Positions 13,401-27,700 of a stretch of DNA of 64,000 nt are shown in pieces. The stretch is from Nemertoderma westbladi (Eukaryota; Animalia; Xenacoelomorpha). The notes under the pieces were generated by a model. That model did not search any database, was not told the DNA's origin, and saw only the letters and a program-made list of their open reading frames with translations. Made by a program: the position numbers and the translations under genes. Position 1 is the stretch's first letter. Each line of letters opens with the position of its first letter. The DNA lies in assembly GCA_032718475.1 (NCBI GenBank), contig JAUCBJ010007155.1:1-64000 (forward strand), written 5' to 3'.

Positions 13401-15677
13401 CTACCCCAGGGTCTGACCATTTGAGGATCGCGACGTATTTTTCACAACGGATTTCAAATAGGATGCGAAACTAATGGAATCTGCGCCCTTCATATCGAAT
13501 CTGGAGAGTTTGACTCGCGGCAGATGAGTAACGACTGAGGCAGCGGAAACGGATTCGGTCGCTAGAACGCAGTAGACCGACTCTAATACCGGATCCTTAA
13601 CGACGACGTACCCAGCGCCATCAGCGGCGGCGAGCAACACCCTGCGGGCGGTCCCGCTACCGATAGCGTCGACGGCGACCGCGAGGTTCGATAACCGGAT
13701 ACCGTAGGCCCGGCTCGGGTCCACACTCACGTAGCGCCTACTAGCGGGGTAGTAGACCCCCACCAGCGGTGGGGGGCGCACCGCCGGTGATCCATCGGGG
13801 ACCACCGCCACTGGGTCGCAGTTGAACGGAGGGAAGTCGACCCGAGGTAGCGAAACGATCGGTGATAGCGCGGAAGTGATACCGGTGGGAAGGCCAACAC
13901 CGCGGTGGATCTGTACGCTCCTAGGTTTACCGCTAGGTGGCGTGAGATTCACTGTTACCACCCCCAGGGAGGGCTGTCTGTTCTTGGTTTCTATTGGCTG
14001 AGTGGTTGCCGGTCTAATCTGGACGAGCAGGTTCGGTTTCTCCTGATCTATCAAAGGGAGGGGCAATTTGGAAATCGGAGACTGTTCTATTTTGCCGAAT
14101 TGGACGGGCACCGCTAACTTGGTCAAAGCACTGGCAATCGCTGCTGATCTTTGACTGTTGTTGATACGTTGCCTTGCAACCGCTGCTGATCCTTGACTGT
14201 TGTTGATACTTTGCCTAGCAACCGCTGCTGATCCTTGACTGTTGTTGATACGTTGCCTAGCAACCGCTGCTGATCCTTGACTGTTGTTCATACGTTGCCT
14301 AGCAACCGCTGCTGATCCTTGACTGTTGTTGATACGTTGCCTAGCAACCGCTGCTGATGCTTGACTGTTGTTGATACGTTGCCTAGCAACCGCTGCTGAT
14401 CCTTGACTGTTGTTGATACTTTGCCTAGCAACCGCTGCTGATCCTTGACTGTTGTTGATACGTTGCCTAGCAACCGCTGCTGAACCTTGGCTGTTGTTGA
14501 TACGTTGCTTAGCAACCGCTTCTGATCCTTGACTGTTGTTGATACGTTGCCTAGCAACCGCTGCTGATCCTTGACTGTTGTTGATACTTTGCCTAGCAAC
14601 CGCTGCTGATCCTTGACTGTTGTTGATACGTTGCCTAGCAATCGCTTCTGATCCTCGACTATTGTTGATACGTTGCCTAGCAACCGCTGCTGATCCTTGA
14701 CTGTTGTTGATACTTTGCCTAGCAACCGCTGCTGATCCTTGACTGTTGTTGATACGTTGCCTAGCAATCGCTTCTGATCCTCGACTATTGTTGATACGTT
14801 GCCTAGCAACAGCAGATAATCCTTGTCTGTTGTTGATGCGTTGTTTAGCAACCTTGTCTGTCCCATCGTGTATATTTGTCGGTTGCTTAGTAATCTCGGG
14901 TGGAGTCTCCGATAGTAGTTGTTTGAAACGGAGGTATCGGGAGGAGCCGCGACGGATGGACAACTCCCCGATAGTCTGGCCCCGTCTGTCAGACACCCAG
15001 TAGAAGCGTCTGCAGCGTCGCTCAATGAATTGTGTATCACCTAGAGTCTGTAGCACAAGGGTGGATTCTAAAGGGATTCTAGCAGGTAATTGGATGACGG
15101 TTGGGGATTGTAAAGGAACTCTAGCAGCTGATTGGCTGACAGCAGGGGTTTGTACATGTGTATTCCTAGAAACAGTAGCCAATGGAAAGTTAACGGATGA
15201 TTGGAGGGATAAGGCACCCTTTCGTTTATATAAATGTTCATTGACAAAAGTTGGTTTTGGTAGCAATGGTAGCATATTGCAGGTTCGATTCACTGTAGGT
15301 GGGTAGTACGGGAGACCGATAATAGGGGAGATAACATTAGGGGCACTTCGTGGGGCATAAGGACTTAGAATCTGTGGACGGCTAAATGTAACATTCGTAG
15401 ATGACGGCGGTATATTTATGGGTGCGAATCTAATGCCGTTCGACTGCATGAACGCCAAGGTTAAAGTACTTGTAGGAGGGAATCTACTACCAGGTAATTG
15501 GCTAGAAGCTAAAGTATTGGTAGTGTGGAGGTTGCCATTGGCTAGGGTGTGCTGGTGCAACCCAATACAGCTAAGGATATCTTTAGTACGAACCAAACGG
15601 GTTGGTGAACATTTCCCGAACGATGGTATATTGATATACTCAGGAGCTTTACCCCCAATTGGGACTTGGAATGACAC
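13401..15677 (-). CDS. THAP-domain protein, coding exon 5 (terminal; low-complexity, with a 14-aa tandem repeat)
   Basis: Acceptor ttttatttgttccag|GTG at 15677, in frame (phase 0) with exon 4; open for 758 codons to TAG at 13401-13403. Confidence 0.8.
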   Translation of the reverse strand: MSFQVPIGGKAPEYINIPSFGKCSPTRLVRTKDILSCIGLHQHTLANGNLHTTNTLASSQLPGSRFPPTSTLTLAFMQSNGIRFAPINIPPSSTNVTFSRPQILSPYAPRSAPNVISPIIGLPYYPPTVNRTCNMLPLLPKPTFVNEHLYKRKGALSLQSSVNFPLATVSRNTHVQTPAVSQSAARVPLQSPTVIQLPARIPLESTLVLQTLGDTQFIERRCRRFYWVSDRRGQTIGELSIRRGSSRYLRFKQLLSETPPEITKQPTNIHDGTDKVAKQRINNRQGLSAVARQRINNSRGSEAIARQRINNSQGSAAVARQSINNSQGSAAVARQRINNSRGSEAIARQRINNSQGSAAVARQSINNSQGSAAVARQRINNSQGSEAVAKQRINNSQGSAAVARQRINNSQGSAAVARQSINNSQGSAAVARQRINNSQASAAVARQRINNSQGSAAVARQRMNNSQGSAAVARQRINNSQGSAAVARQSINNSQGSAAVARQRINNSQRSAAIASALTKLAVPVQFGKIEQSPISKLPLPLIDQEKPNLLVQIRPATTQPIETKNRQPSLGVVTVNLTPPSGKPRSVQIHRGVGLPTGITSALSPIVSLPRVDFPPFNCDPVAVVPDGSPAVRPPPLVGVYYPASRRYVSVDPSRAYGIRLSNLAVAVDAIGSGTARRVLLAAADGAGYVVVKDPVLESVYCVLATESVSAASVVTHLPRVKLSRFDMKGADSISFASYLKSVVKNTSRSSNGQTLG
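14140..14855 (-). repeat. 42-bp coding minisatellite (about 16-17 copies) encoding AVARQRINNSQGSA
   Basis: Plus-strand unit GTTGATACGTTGCCTAGCAACCGCTGCTGATCCTTGACTGTT; reading frame preserved throughout, with diverged copies at both edges. Confidence 0.93.
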
Positions 15678-15789
15678 CTGGAACAAATAAAAGAGTCCAT
15701 CTCAGGATATTCGATCCAAAGTTTGGTATAATAATGAATACAGAAGCTATTCCTTAAAGCTGCTATACGTAGTACAGCTAAGCGCGGCA

Positions 15790-18700
15790 AATGTTATAAC
15801 TTAAACAGCTAAGCAAGTAAACTGTTACAACTTACTCAGCTAAGTAAGTAAACTGTTACAACTTACTTAGCTAAGTAAGTCAACTGTTACAACTTACACA
15901 GGAAAGCAAGTAAACTGTTACAACTTACTTAGCTAAGCAAGTAAACTGTTACAACTTACTTAGCTAAGTAAGTCAACTGTTACAACTTACTCAGCTAAGT
16001 AAGTAAACTGTTACAACTTACTCAGCTAAGCAAGTAAACTGTTACAACTTACTTAGCTAAGTAAGTCAACTGTTACAACTTACACAGGAAAGCAAGTAAA
16101 CTGTTACAACTTACTCAGCTAAGTAAGTAAACTGTTACAACTTACTCAGCTAAGCAAGTAAACTGTTACAACTTACTTAGCTAAGTAAGTCAACTGTTAC
16201 AACTTACACAGGAAAGCAAGTAAACTGTTACAACTTACTCAGCTAAGTAAGTAAACTGTTACAACTTACTCAGCTAAGCAAGTAAACTGTTACAACTTAC
16301 TTAGCTAAGTAAGTCAACTGTTACAACTTACTCAGCTAAGCAAGTAAACTGTTACAACTTACTTAGCTAAGTAAGTCAACTGTTACAACTTACACAGGAA
16401 AGCAAGTAAACTGTTACAACTTACTTAGCTAAGCAAGTAAACTGTTACAACTTACTTAGCTAAGTAAGTCAACTGTTACAACTTACTCAGCTAAGTAAGT
16501 AAACTGTTACAACTTACTCAGCTAAGCAAGTAAACTGTTACAACTTACTTAGCTAAGTAAGTCAACTGTTACAACTTACACAGGAAAGCAAGTAAACTGT
16601 TACAACTTACTCAGCTAAGTAAGTAAACTGTTACAACTTACTCAGCTAAGCAAGTAAACTGTTACAACTTACTTAGCTAAGTAAGTCAACTGTTACAACT
16701 TACACAGGAAAGCAAGTAAACTGTTACAACTTACTCAGCTAAGTAAGTAAACTGTTACAACTTACTTAGCTAAGTAAGTCAACTGTTACAACTTACACAG
16801 GAAAGCAAGTAAACTGTTACAACTTACACAGGAAAGCAAGTCAACTGTTACAACTTACTTAGCTAAGTAAGTCAACTGTTACAACTTACACAGGAAAGCA
16901 AGTAAACTGTTACAACTTACACAGGAAAGCAAGTCAACTGTTACAACTTACTTAGCTAAGTAAGTCAACTGTTACAACTTACACAGGAAAGCAAGTAAAC
17001 TGTTACAACTTACACAGGAAAGCAAGTAAACTGTTACAACTTACTTAGCTAAGCAAGTAAACTGTTACAACTTACACAGGAAAGCAAGTAAACTGTTACA
17101 ACTTACACAGGAAAGCAAGTAAACTGTTACAACTTACACAGGAAAGCAAGTAAACTGTTACAACTTACACAGGAAAGCAAGTAAACTGTTACAACTTACA
17201 CAGGAAAGCAAGTAAACTGTTACAACTTACACAGGAAAGCAAGTAAACTGTTACAACTTACACAGGAAAGCAAGTAAACTGTTACAACTTACACAGGAAA
17301 GCAAGTAAACTGTTACAACTTACACAGGAAAGCAAGTAAACTGTTACAACTTACACAGGAAAGCAAGTAAACTGTTACAACTTACACAGGAAAGCAAGTA
17401 AACTGTTACAACTTACACAGGAAAGCAAGTAAACTGTTACAACTTACACAGGAAAGCAAGTAAACTGTTACAACTTACACAGGAAAGCAAGTAAACTGTT
17501 ACAACTTACACAGGAAAGCAAGTAAACTGTTACAACTTACACAGGAAAGCAAGTAAACTGTTACAACTTACACAGGAAAGCACGCAAACTGTTACAACTT
17601 ACACAGGAAAGCAAGTAAACTGTTACAACTTACACAGGAAAGCAAGTAAACTGTTACAACTTACACAGGAAAGCAAGTAAACTGTTACAACTTACACAGG
17701 AAAGCAAGTAAACTGTTACAACTTACACAGGAAAGCACGCAAACTGTTACAACTTACACAGGAAAGCACGCAAACTGTTACAACTTACACAGGAAAGCAA
17801 GTAAACTGTTACAACTTACACAGGAAAGCAAGTAAACTGTTACAACTTACACAGGAAAGCAAGTAAACTGTTACAACTTACACAGGAAAGCAAGTAAACT
17901 GTTACAACTTACACAGGAAAGCACGCAAACTGTTACAACTTACACAGGAAAGCAAGTAAACTGTTACAACTTACACAGGAAAGCAAGTAAACTGTTACAA
18001 CTTACACAGGAAAGCAAGTAAACTGTTACAACTTACACAGGAAAGCAAGTAAACTGTTACAACTTACTCAGCTAAGCAAGTAAACTGTTACAACTTACTC
18101 AGCTAAGCAAGTAAACTGTTACAACTTACTCAGCTAAGCAAGTAAACTGTTACAACTTACACAGCTAAGCAAGTAAACTGTTACAACTTACTCAGCTAAG
18201 CAAGTCAACTGTTACAACTTACTCAGCTAAGCAAGTAAACTGTTACAACTTACTCAGCTAAGCAAGTAAACTGTTACAACTTACACAGGAAAGCAAGTAA
18301 ACTGTTACAACTTACACAGGAAAGCAAGTAAACTGTTACAACTTACACAGGAAAGCAAGTAAACTGTTACAACTTACACAGGAAAGCAAGTAAACTGTTA
18401 CAACTTACACAGGAAAGCAAGTAAACTGTTACAACTTACACAGGAAAGCAAGTAAACTGTTACAACTTACACAGGAAAGCAAGTAAACTGTTACAACTTA
18501 CACAGGAAAGCAAGTAAACTGTTACAACTTACACAGGAAAGCAAGTAAACTGTTACAACTTACTTAGCTAAGCAAGTCAACTGTTACAACTTACACAGGA
18601 AAGCAAGTAAACTGTTACAACTTACACAGGAAAGCACGCAAACTGTTACAACTTACACAGGAAAGCAAGTAAACTGTTACAACTTACACAGGAAAGCACG

Positions 18701-21700
18701 CAAACTGTTACAACTTACACAGGAAAGCAAGTAAACTGTTACAACTTACACAGGAAAGCAAGTAAACTGTTACAACTTACACAGGAAAGCAAGTAAACTG
18801 TTACAACTTACACAGGAAAGCAAGTAAACTGTTACAACTTACTCAGCTAAGCAAGTAAACTGTTACAACTTACTCAGCTAAGCAAGTAAACTGTTACAAC
18901 TTACTCAGCTAAGCAAGTAAACTGTTACAACTTACACAGCTAAGCAAGTAAACTGTTACAACTTACTCAGCTAAGCAAGTCAACTGTTACAACTTACTCA
19001 GCTAAGCAAGTAAACTGTTACAACTTACTCAGCTAAGCAAGTAAACTGTTACAACTTACACAGGAAAGCAAGTAAACTGTTACAACTTACACAGGAAAGC
19101 AAGTAAACTGTTACAACTTACACAGGAAAGCAAGTAAACTGTTACAACTTACACAGGAAAGCAAGTAAACTGTTACAACTTACTTAGCTAAGTAAGTCAA
19201 CTGTTACAACTTATACAGCTAAGCAAGTCAACTGTTACAACTTACACAGGAAAGCAAGTAAACTGTTACAACTTACTTAGCTAAGTAAGTCAACTGTAAC
19301 AACTTACACAGGAAAGCAAGTAAACTGTTACAACTTACTTAGCTAAGTAAGTAAACTGTTACAACTTACACAGGAAAGCAAGTAAACTGTTACAACTTAC
19401 TTAGCTAAGTAAGTCAACTGTTACAACTTACTCAGCTAAGCAAGTCAACTGTTACAACTTACTCAGCTAAGCAAGTCAACTGTTACAACTTACTCAGCTA
19501 AGCAAGTAAACTGTTACAACTTACTCAGCTAAGCAAGTCAACTGTTACAACTTACTCAGCTAAGCAAGTAAACTGTTACAACTTACACAGGAAAGCAAGT
19601 AAACTGTTACAACTTACACAGGAAAGCAAGTAAACTGTTACAACTTACACAGGAAAGCAAGTAAACTGTTACAACTTACACAGGAAAGCAAGTAAACTGT
19701 TACAACTTACTTAGCTAAGTAAGTCAACTGTTACAACTTACTCAGCTAAGCAAGTCAACTGTTACAACTTACTCAGCTAAGCAAGTCAACTGTTACAACT
19801 TACTCAGCTAAGCAAGTAAACTGTTACAACTTACTCAGCTAAGCAAGTCAACTGTTACAACTTACTCAGCTAAGCAAGTAAACTGTTACAACTTACACAG
19901 GAAAGCAAGTAAACTGTTACAACTTACACAGGAAAGCAAGTAAACTGTTACAACTTACACAGGAAAGCAAGTAAACTGTTACAACTTACACAGGAAAGCA
20001 AGTAAACTGTTACAACTTACACAGGAAAGCAAGTAAACTGTTACAACTTACTTAGCTAAGTAAGTCAACTGTTACAACTTATACAGCTAAGCAAGTCAAC
20101 TGTTACAACTTACACAGGAAAGCAAGTAAACTGTTACAACTTACTTAGCTAAGTAAGTCAACTGTAACAACTTACACAGGAAAGCAAGTAAACTGTTACA
20201 ACTTACTTAGCTAAGTAAGTAAACTGTTACAACTTACACAGGAAAGCAAGTAAACTGTTACAACTTACTTAGCTAAGTAAGTCAACTGTTACAACTTACA
20301 CAGGAAAGCAAGTAAACTGTTACAACTTACTTAGCTAAGTAAGTCAACTGTTACAACTTACTCAGCTAAGCAAGTCAACTGTTACAACTTACTTAGCTAA
20401 GTAAGTCAACTGTAACAACTTACACAGGAAAGCAAGTAAACTGTTACAACTTACTTAGGTAAGTAAGTCAACTGTAACAACTTACACAGGAAAGCAAGTA
20501 AACTGTTACAACTTACACAGGAAAGCAAGTAAACTGTTACAACTTACACAGGAAAGCAAGTAAACTGTTACAACTTACACAGGAAAGCAAGTAAACTGTT
20601 ACAACTTACACAGGAAAGCAAGTAAACTGTTACAACTTACACAGGAAAGCAAGTAAACTGTTACAACTTACTTAGCTAAGTAAGTCAACTGTTACAACTT
20701 ATACAGCTAAGCAAGTCAACTGTTACAACTTACACAGGAAAGCAAGTAAACTGTTACAACTTACTTAGCTAAGTAAGTCAACTGTAACAACTTACACAGG
20801 AAAGCAAGTAAACTGTTACAACTTACTTAGCTAAGTAAGTAAACTGTTACAACTTACACAGGAAAGCAAGTAAACTGTTACAACTTACTTAGCTAAGTAA
20901 GTCAACTGTTACAACTTACACAGGAAAGCAAGTAAACTGTTACAACTTACTTAGCTAAGTAAGTCAACTGTTACAACTTACTCAGCTAAGCAAGTCAACT
21001 GTTACAACTTACTTAGCTAAGTAAGTCAACTGTAACAACTTACACAGGAAAGCAAGTAAACTGTTACAACTTACTTAGCTAAGTAAGTCAACTGTAACAA
21101 CTTACACAGGAAAGCAAGTAAACTGTTACAACTTACTTAGCTAAGTAAGTAAACTGTTACAACTTACACAGGAAAGCAAGTAAACTGTTACAACTTACTT
21201 AGCTAAGTAAGTCAACTGTTACAACTTACTCAGCTAAGCAAGTCAAATGTTACAACTTACACAGGAAAGCAAGTAAACTGTTACAACTTACTTAGCTAAG
21301 TAAGTCAACTGTTACAACTTACACAGGAAAGCAAGTAAACTGTTACAACTTACTTAGCTAAGTAAGTCAACTGTTACAACTTACACAGGAAAGCAAGTAA
21401 ACTGTTACAACTTACTTAGCTAAGTAAGTCAACTGTTACAACTTACTCAGCTAAGCAAGTCAACTGTTACAACTTACTTAGCTAAGCAAGTCAACTGTTA
21501 CAACTTACACAGCTAAGCAAGTAAACTGTTACAGCTTACTTAGCTAAGCAAGTCAACTGTTACAACTTACTCAGCTAAGCAAGTAAACTGTTACAACTTA
21601 CACAGCTAAGCAAGTAAACTGTTACAACTTACTCAGCTAAGCAAGTAAACTGTTACAACTTACTTAGCTAAGCAAGTCAACTGTTACAACTTACACAGCT

Positions 21701-24700
21701 AAGCAAGTCAACTGTTACAACTTACTCAGCTAAGCAAGTAAACTGTTACAACTTACTTAGCTAAGTAAGTCAACTGTTACAACTTACTCAGCTAAGCAAG
21801 TCAACTGTTACAACTTACTTAGCTAAGCAAGTAAACTGTTACAACTTACACAGCTAAGCAAGTAAACTGTTACAACTTACTCAGCTAAGCAAGTAAACTG
21901 TTACAACTTACTTAGCTAAGCAAGTCAACTGTTACAACTTACACAGCTAAGCAAGTCAACTGTTACAACTTACTCAGCTAAGCAAGTAAACTGTTACAAC
22001 TTACACAGCTAAGCAAGTAAACTGTTACAACTTACTCAGCTAAGCAAGTAAACTGTTACAACTTACACAGCTAAGCAAGTAAACTGTTACAGCTTACTTA
22101 GCTAAGCAAGTCAACTGTTACAACTTACACAGCTAAGCAAGTAAACTGTTACAACTTACTTAGCTAAGCAAGTCAACTGTTACAACTTACACAGCTAAGC
22201 AAGTAAACTGTTACAGCTTACTTAGCTAAGCAAGTAAACTGTTACAACTTACTCAGCTAAGCAAGTCAACTATTACAACTTACTCAGCTAAGCAAGTCAA
22301 CTGTTACAACTTACTCAGCTAAGCAAGTAAACTGTTACAACTTACACAGCTAAGCAAGTAAACTGTTACAACTTACTCAGCTAAGCAAGTAAACTGTTAC
22401 AACTTACTTAGCTAAGCAAGTCAACTGTTACAACTTACACAGCTAAGCAAGTAAACTGTTACAACTTACTCAGCTAAGCAAGTAAACTGTTACAACTTAC
22501 ACAGCTAAGCAAGTAAACTGTTACAACTTACTCAGCTAAGCAAGTAAACTGTTACAACTTACTTAGCTAAGTAAGTCAACTGTTACAACTTACTCAGCTA
22601 AGCAAGTCAACTGTTACAACTTACTTAGCTAAGCAAGTCAACTGTTACAACTTACACAGCTAAGCAAGTAAACTGTTACAGCTTACTTAGCTAAGCAAGT
22701 AAACTGTTACAACTTACACAGCTAAGCAAGTCAACTATTACAACTTACTCAGCTAAGCAAGTCAACTGTTACAACTTACTCAGCTAAGCAAGTCAAATGT
22801 TACAACTTACTCAGCTAAGCAAGTCAACTATTACAACTTACTCAGCTAAGCAAGTCAAATGTTACAACTTACTCAGCTAAGCAAGTCAACTATTACAACT
22901 TACTCAGCTAAGCAAGTCAAATGTTACAACTTACTCAGCTAAGCAAGTAAACTGTTACAACTTACTCAGCTAAGCAAGTCAACTGTTACAACTTACACAG
23001 CTAAGCAAGTAAAATGTTACAACTTACTCAGCTAAGCAAGTCAACTGTTACAACTTACACAGCTAAGCAAGTAAACTGTTACAACTTTCTCAGCTAAGCA
23101 AGTCAACTATTACAACTTACTCAGCTAAGCAAGTCAACTGTTACAACTTACTCAGCTAAGAAAGTAAACTGTTACAACTTACTCAGCTAAGCAAGTCAAC
23201 TGTTACAACTTACTCAGCTAAGCAAGTCAACTGTTACAACTTACTCAGCTAAGCAAGTCAACTGTTACAACTTACTCAGCTAAGCAAGTAAACTGTTACA
23301 ACTTACTCAGCTAAGCAAGTCAACAGAACTTACAACTTACTCAGCTAAGCAAGTCAACTGTTACAACTTACTCAGCTAAGCAAGTCAACTGTTACAACTT
23401 ACTCAGCTAAGCAAGTAAACTGTTACAACTTACTCAGCTAAGCAAGTCAACAGAACTTACAACTTACTCAGCTAAGCAAGTAAACTGTTACAACTTACTC
23501 AGCTAAGCAAGTCAACAGAACTTACAACTTACTCAGCTAAGCAAGTAAACTGTTACAACTTACTCAGCTAAGCAAGTCAACTGTTACAACTTACTCAGCT
23601 AAGCAAGTCAACTGTTACAACTTACTCAGCTAAGCAAGTAAACTGTTACAACTTACTCAGCTAAGCAAGTCAACAGAACTTACAACTTACTCAGCTAAGC
23701 AAGTAAACTGTTACAACTTACTCAGCTAAGCAAGTCAACTGTTACAACTTACTCAGCTAAGCAAGTCAACTGTTACAACTTACTCAGCTAAGCAAGTAAA
23801 CTGTTACAACTTACTCAGCTAAGCAAATCAACAGAACTTACAACTTACTCAGCTAAGCAAGTCAACTGTTACAACTTACTCAGCTAAGCAAGTCAACTGT
23901 TACAACTTACTCAGCTAAGCAAGTAAACTGTTACAACTTACTCAGCTAAGCAAGTCAACAGAACTTACAACTTACTCAGCTAAGCAAGTCAACTGTTACA
24001 ACTTACTCAGCTAAGCAAGTCAACTGTTACAACTTACTCAGCTAAGCAAGTCAACTGTTACAACTTACTCAGCTAAGCAAGTCAACAGAACTTACAACTT
24101 ACTCAGCTAAGCAAGTAAACTGTTACAACTTACTCAGCTAAGCAAGTCAACAGAACTTACAACTTACTCAGCTAAGCAAGTAAACTGTTACAACTTACTC
24201 AGCTAAGCAAGTCAACAGAACTTACAACTTACTCAGCTAAGCAAGTCAACTATTACAAATTACTCAGCTAAGCAAGTCAACTGTTACAACTTACTCAGCT
24301 AAGCAAGTCAATTGTTACAACTTACTCAGCTAAGCAAGTAAACTGTTACAACTTACTCAGCTAAGCAAGTCAACAGAACTTACAACTTACTCAGCTAAGC
24401 AAGTCAACTGTTACAAATTACTCAGCGAAGCAAGTCAACTGTTACAACTTACTCAGCTAAGCAAGTCAACTGTTACAACTTACTTAGCTAAGCAAGTAAA
24501 CTGTTACAACTTACTCAGCTAAGCAAGTAAACTGTTACAACTTACTCAGCTAAGCAAGTAAACTGTTACAACTTACTCAGCTAAGCAAGTCAACAGAACT
24601 TACAACTTACTCAGCTAAGCAAGTCAACTGTTACAAATTACTCAGCGAAGCAAGTCAACTGTTACAACTTACTCAGCTAAGCAAGTCAACTGTTACAACT

Positions 24701-27700
24701 TACTTAGCTAAGCAAGTAAACTGTTACAACTTACTCAGCTAAGCAAGTCAACTGTTACAACTTACACAGCTAAGCAAGTAAACTGTTACAACTTACTCAA
24801 ATAAGCAAGTCAACTGTTACAACTTACTCAGCTAAGCAAGTAAACTGTTACAACTTACTCAGCTAAGCAAGTCAACTGTTACAACTTACTTAGCTATGCA
24901 AGTCAACTGTGACAACTTACTCAGCTAAGCAAGTCAACTGTTACAACTTACTTAGCTAAGCAAGTCAACTGTTACAACTTACTCAGCTAAGCAAGTCAAC
25001 TGTTACAACTTACTCAGCTAAGCAAGTCAACTGTTACAACTTACTTAGCTAAGCAAGTAAACTGTTACAACTTACTTAGCTATGCAAGTCAACTGTGACA
25101 ACTTACTCAGCTAAGCAAGTCAAATGTTACAACTTACTCAGCTAAGCAAGTCAACTGTTACAACTTACTCAGCTAAGCAAGTAAACTGTTACAACTTACT
25201 CAGCTAAGCAAGTCAACTGTTACAACTTACTTAGCTAAGCAAGTAAACTGTTACAACTTACTCAGCTAAGCAAGTAAACTGTTACAACTTACTCAGCTAA
25301 GCAAGTCAACTGTTACAACTTACTTAGCTAAGCAAGTAAACTGTTACAACTTACACAGCTAAGCAAGTCAACTGTTACAACTTACTCAGCTAAGCAAGTA
25401 AACTGTTACAACTTACTCAGCTAAGCAAGTCTACTGTTACAACTTACTTAGCTATGCAAGTCAACTGTGACAACTTAATCAGCTAAGCAAGTCAAATGTT
25501 ACAACTTACTCAGCTAAGCAAGTCAACTGTTACAACTTACTCAGCTAAGCAAGTAAACTGTTACAACTTACTCAGCTAAGCAAGTCAACTGTTACAACTT
25601 ACTTAGCTAAGCAAGTAAACTGTTACAACTTACTCAGCTAAGCAAGTCAACTGTTACAACTTACTTAGCTATGCAAGTCAACTGTGACAACTTACTCAGC
25701 TAAGCAAGTAAACTGTTACAACTTACTCAGCTAAGCAAGTCAAATGTTACAACTTACTCAAATAAGCAAGTCAACTGTTACAACTTACTTAGCTAAGCAA
25801 GTCAACTGTTACAACTTACTCAGCTAAGCAAGTAAACTGTTACAGCTTACTTAGCTAAGCAAGTAAACTGTTACAACTTACTCAGCTAAGCAAGTCAAAT
25901 GTTACAACTTACTCAGCTAAGCAAGTCAACTGTTACAACTTACTCAGCTAAGCAAGTCAACTGTTACAACTTACTCAGCTAAGCAAGTCAACTGTTACAA
26001 CTTACTCAGCTAAGCAAGTCAACAGAACTTACAACTTACTCAGCTAAGCAAGTAAACTGTTACAACTTACTCAGCTAAGCAAGTCAACAGAACTTACAAC
26101 TTACTCAGCTAAGCAAGTAAACTGTTACAACTTACTCAGCTAAGCAAGTCAACAGAACTTACAACTTACTCAGCTAAGCAAGTCAACTATTACAAATTAC
26201 TCAGCTAAGCAAGTCAACTGTTACAACTTACTCAGCTAAGCAAGTCAATTGTTACAACTTACTCAGCTAAGCAAGTAAACTGTTACAACTTACTCAGCTA
26301 AGCAAGTCAACAGAACTTACAACTTACTCAGCTAAGCAAGTCAACTGTTACAAATTACTCAGCGAAGCAAGTCAACTGTTACAACTTACTCAGCTAAGCA
26401 AGTCAACTGTTACAACTTACTTAGCTAAGCAAGTAAACTGTTACAACTTACTCAGCTAAGCAAGTAAACTGTTACAACTTACTCAGCTAAGCAAGTAAAC
26501 TGTTACAACTTACTCAGCTAAGCAAGTCAACAGAACTTACAACTTACTCAGCTAAGCAAGTCAACTGTTACAAATTACTCAGCGAAGCAAGTCAACTGTT
26601 ACAACTTACTCAGCTAAGCAAGTCAACTGTTACAACTTACTTAGCTAAGCAAGTAAACTGTTACAACTTACTCAGCTAAGCAAGTCAACTGTTACAACTT
26701 ACACAGCTAAGCAAGTAAACTGTTACAACTTACTCAAATAAGCAAGTCAACTGTTACAACTTACTCAGCTAAGCAAGTAAACTGTTACAACTTACTCAGC
26801 TAAGCAAGTCAACTGTTACAACTTACTTAGCTATGCAAGTCAACTGTGACAACTTACTCAGCTAAGCAAGTCAACTGTTACAACTTACTTAGCTAAGCAA
26901 GTCAACTGTTACAACTTACTCAGCTAAGCAAGTCAACTGTTACAACTTACTCAGCTAAGCAAGTCAACTGTTACAACTTACTTAGCTAAGCAAGTAAACT
27001 GTTACAACTTACTTAGCTATGCAAGTCAACTGTGACAACTTACTCAGCTAAGCAAGTCAAATGTTACAACTTACTCAGCTAAGCAAGTCAACTGTTACAA
27101 CTTACTCAGCTAAGCAAGTAAACTGTTACAACTTACTCAGCTAAGCAAGTCAACTGTTACAACTTACTTAGCTAAGCAAGTAAACTGTTACAACTTACTC
27201 AGCTAAGCAAGTAAACTGTTACAACTTACTCAGCTAAGCAAGTCAACTGTTACAACTTACTTAGCTAAGCAAGTAAACTGTTACAACTTACACAGCTAAG
27301 CAAGTCAACTGTTACAACTTACTCAGCTAAGCAAGTAAACTGTTACAACTTACTCAGCTAAGCAAGTCTACTGTTACAACTTACTTAGCTATGCAAGTCA
27401 ACTGTGACAACTTAATCAGCTAAGCAAGTCAAATGTTACAACTTACTCAGCTAAGCAAGTCAACTGTTACAACTTACTCAGCTAAGCAAGTAAACTGTTA
27501 CAACTTACTCAGCTAAGCAAGTCAACTGTTACAACTTACTTAGCTAAGCAAGTAAACTGTTACAACTTACTCAGCTAAGCAAGTCAACTGTTACAACTTA
27601 CTTAGCTATGCAAGTCAACTGTGACAACTTACTCAGCTAAGCAAGTCAAATGTTACAACTTACTTAGCTAAGCAAGTAAACTGTTACAACTTACACAGCT

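Noticed and set aside
14288-15040. 250-aa alternative-frame ORF (LLGNVSTTVKDQQR repeats)
   Set aside because: Shadow frame of the 42-bp coding repeat; the 13401-15677 frame is longer and splice-compatible.
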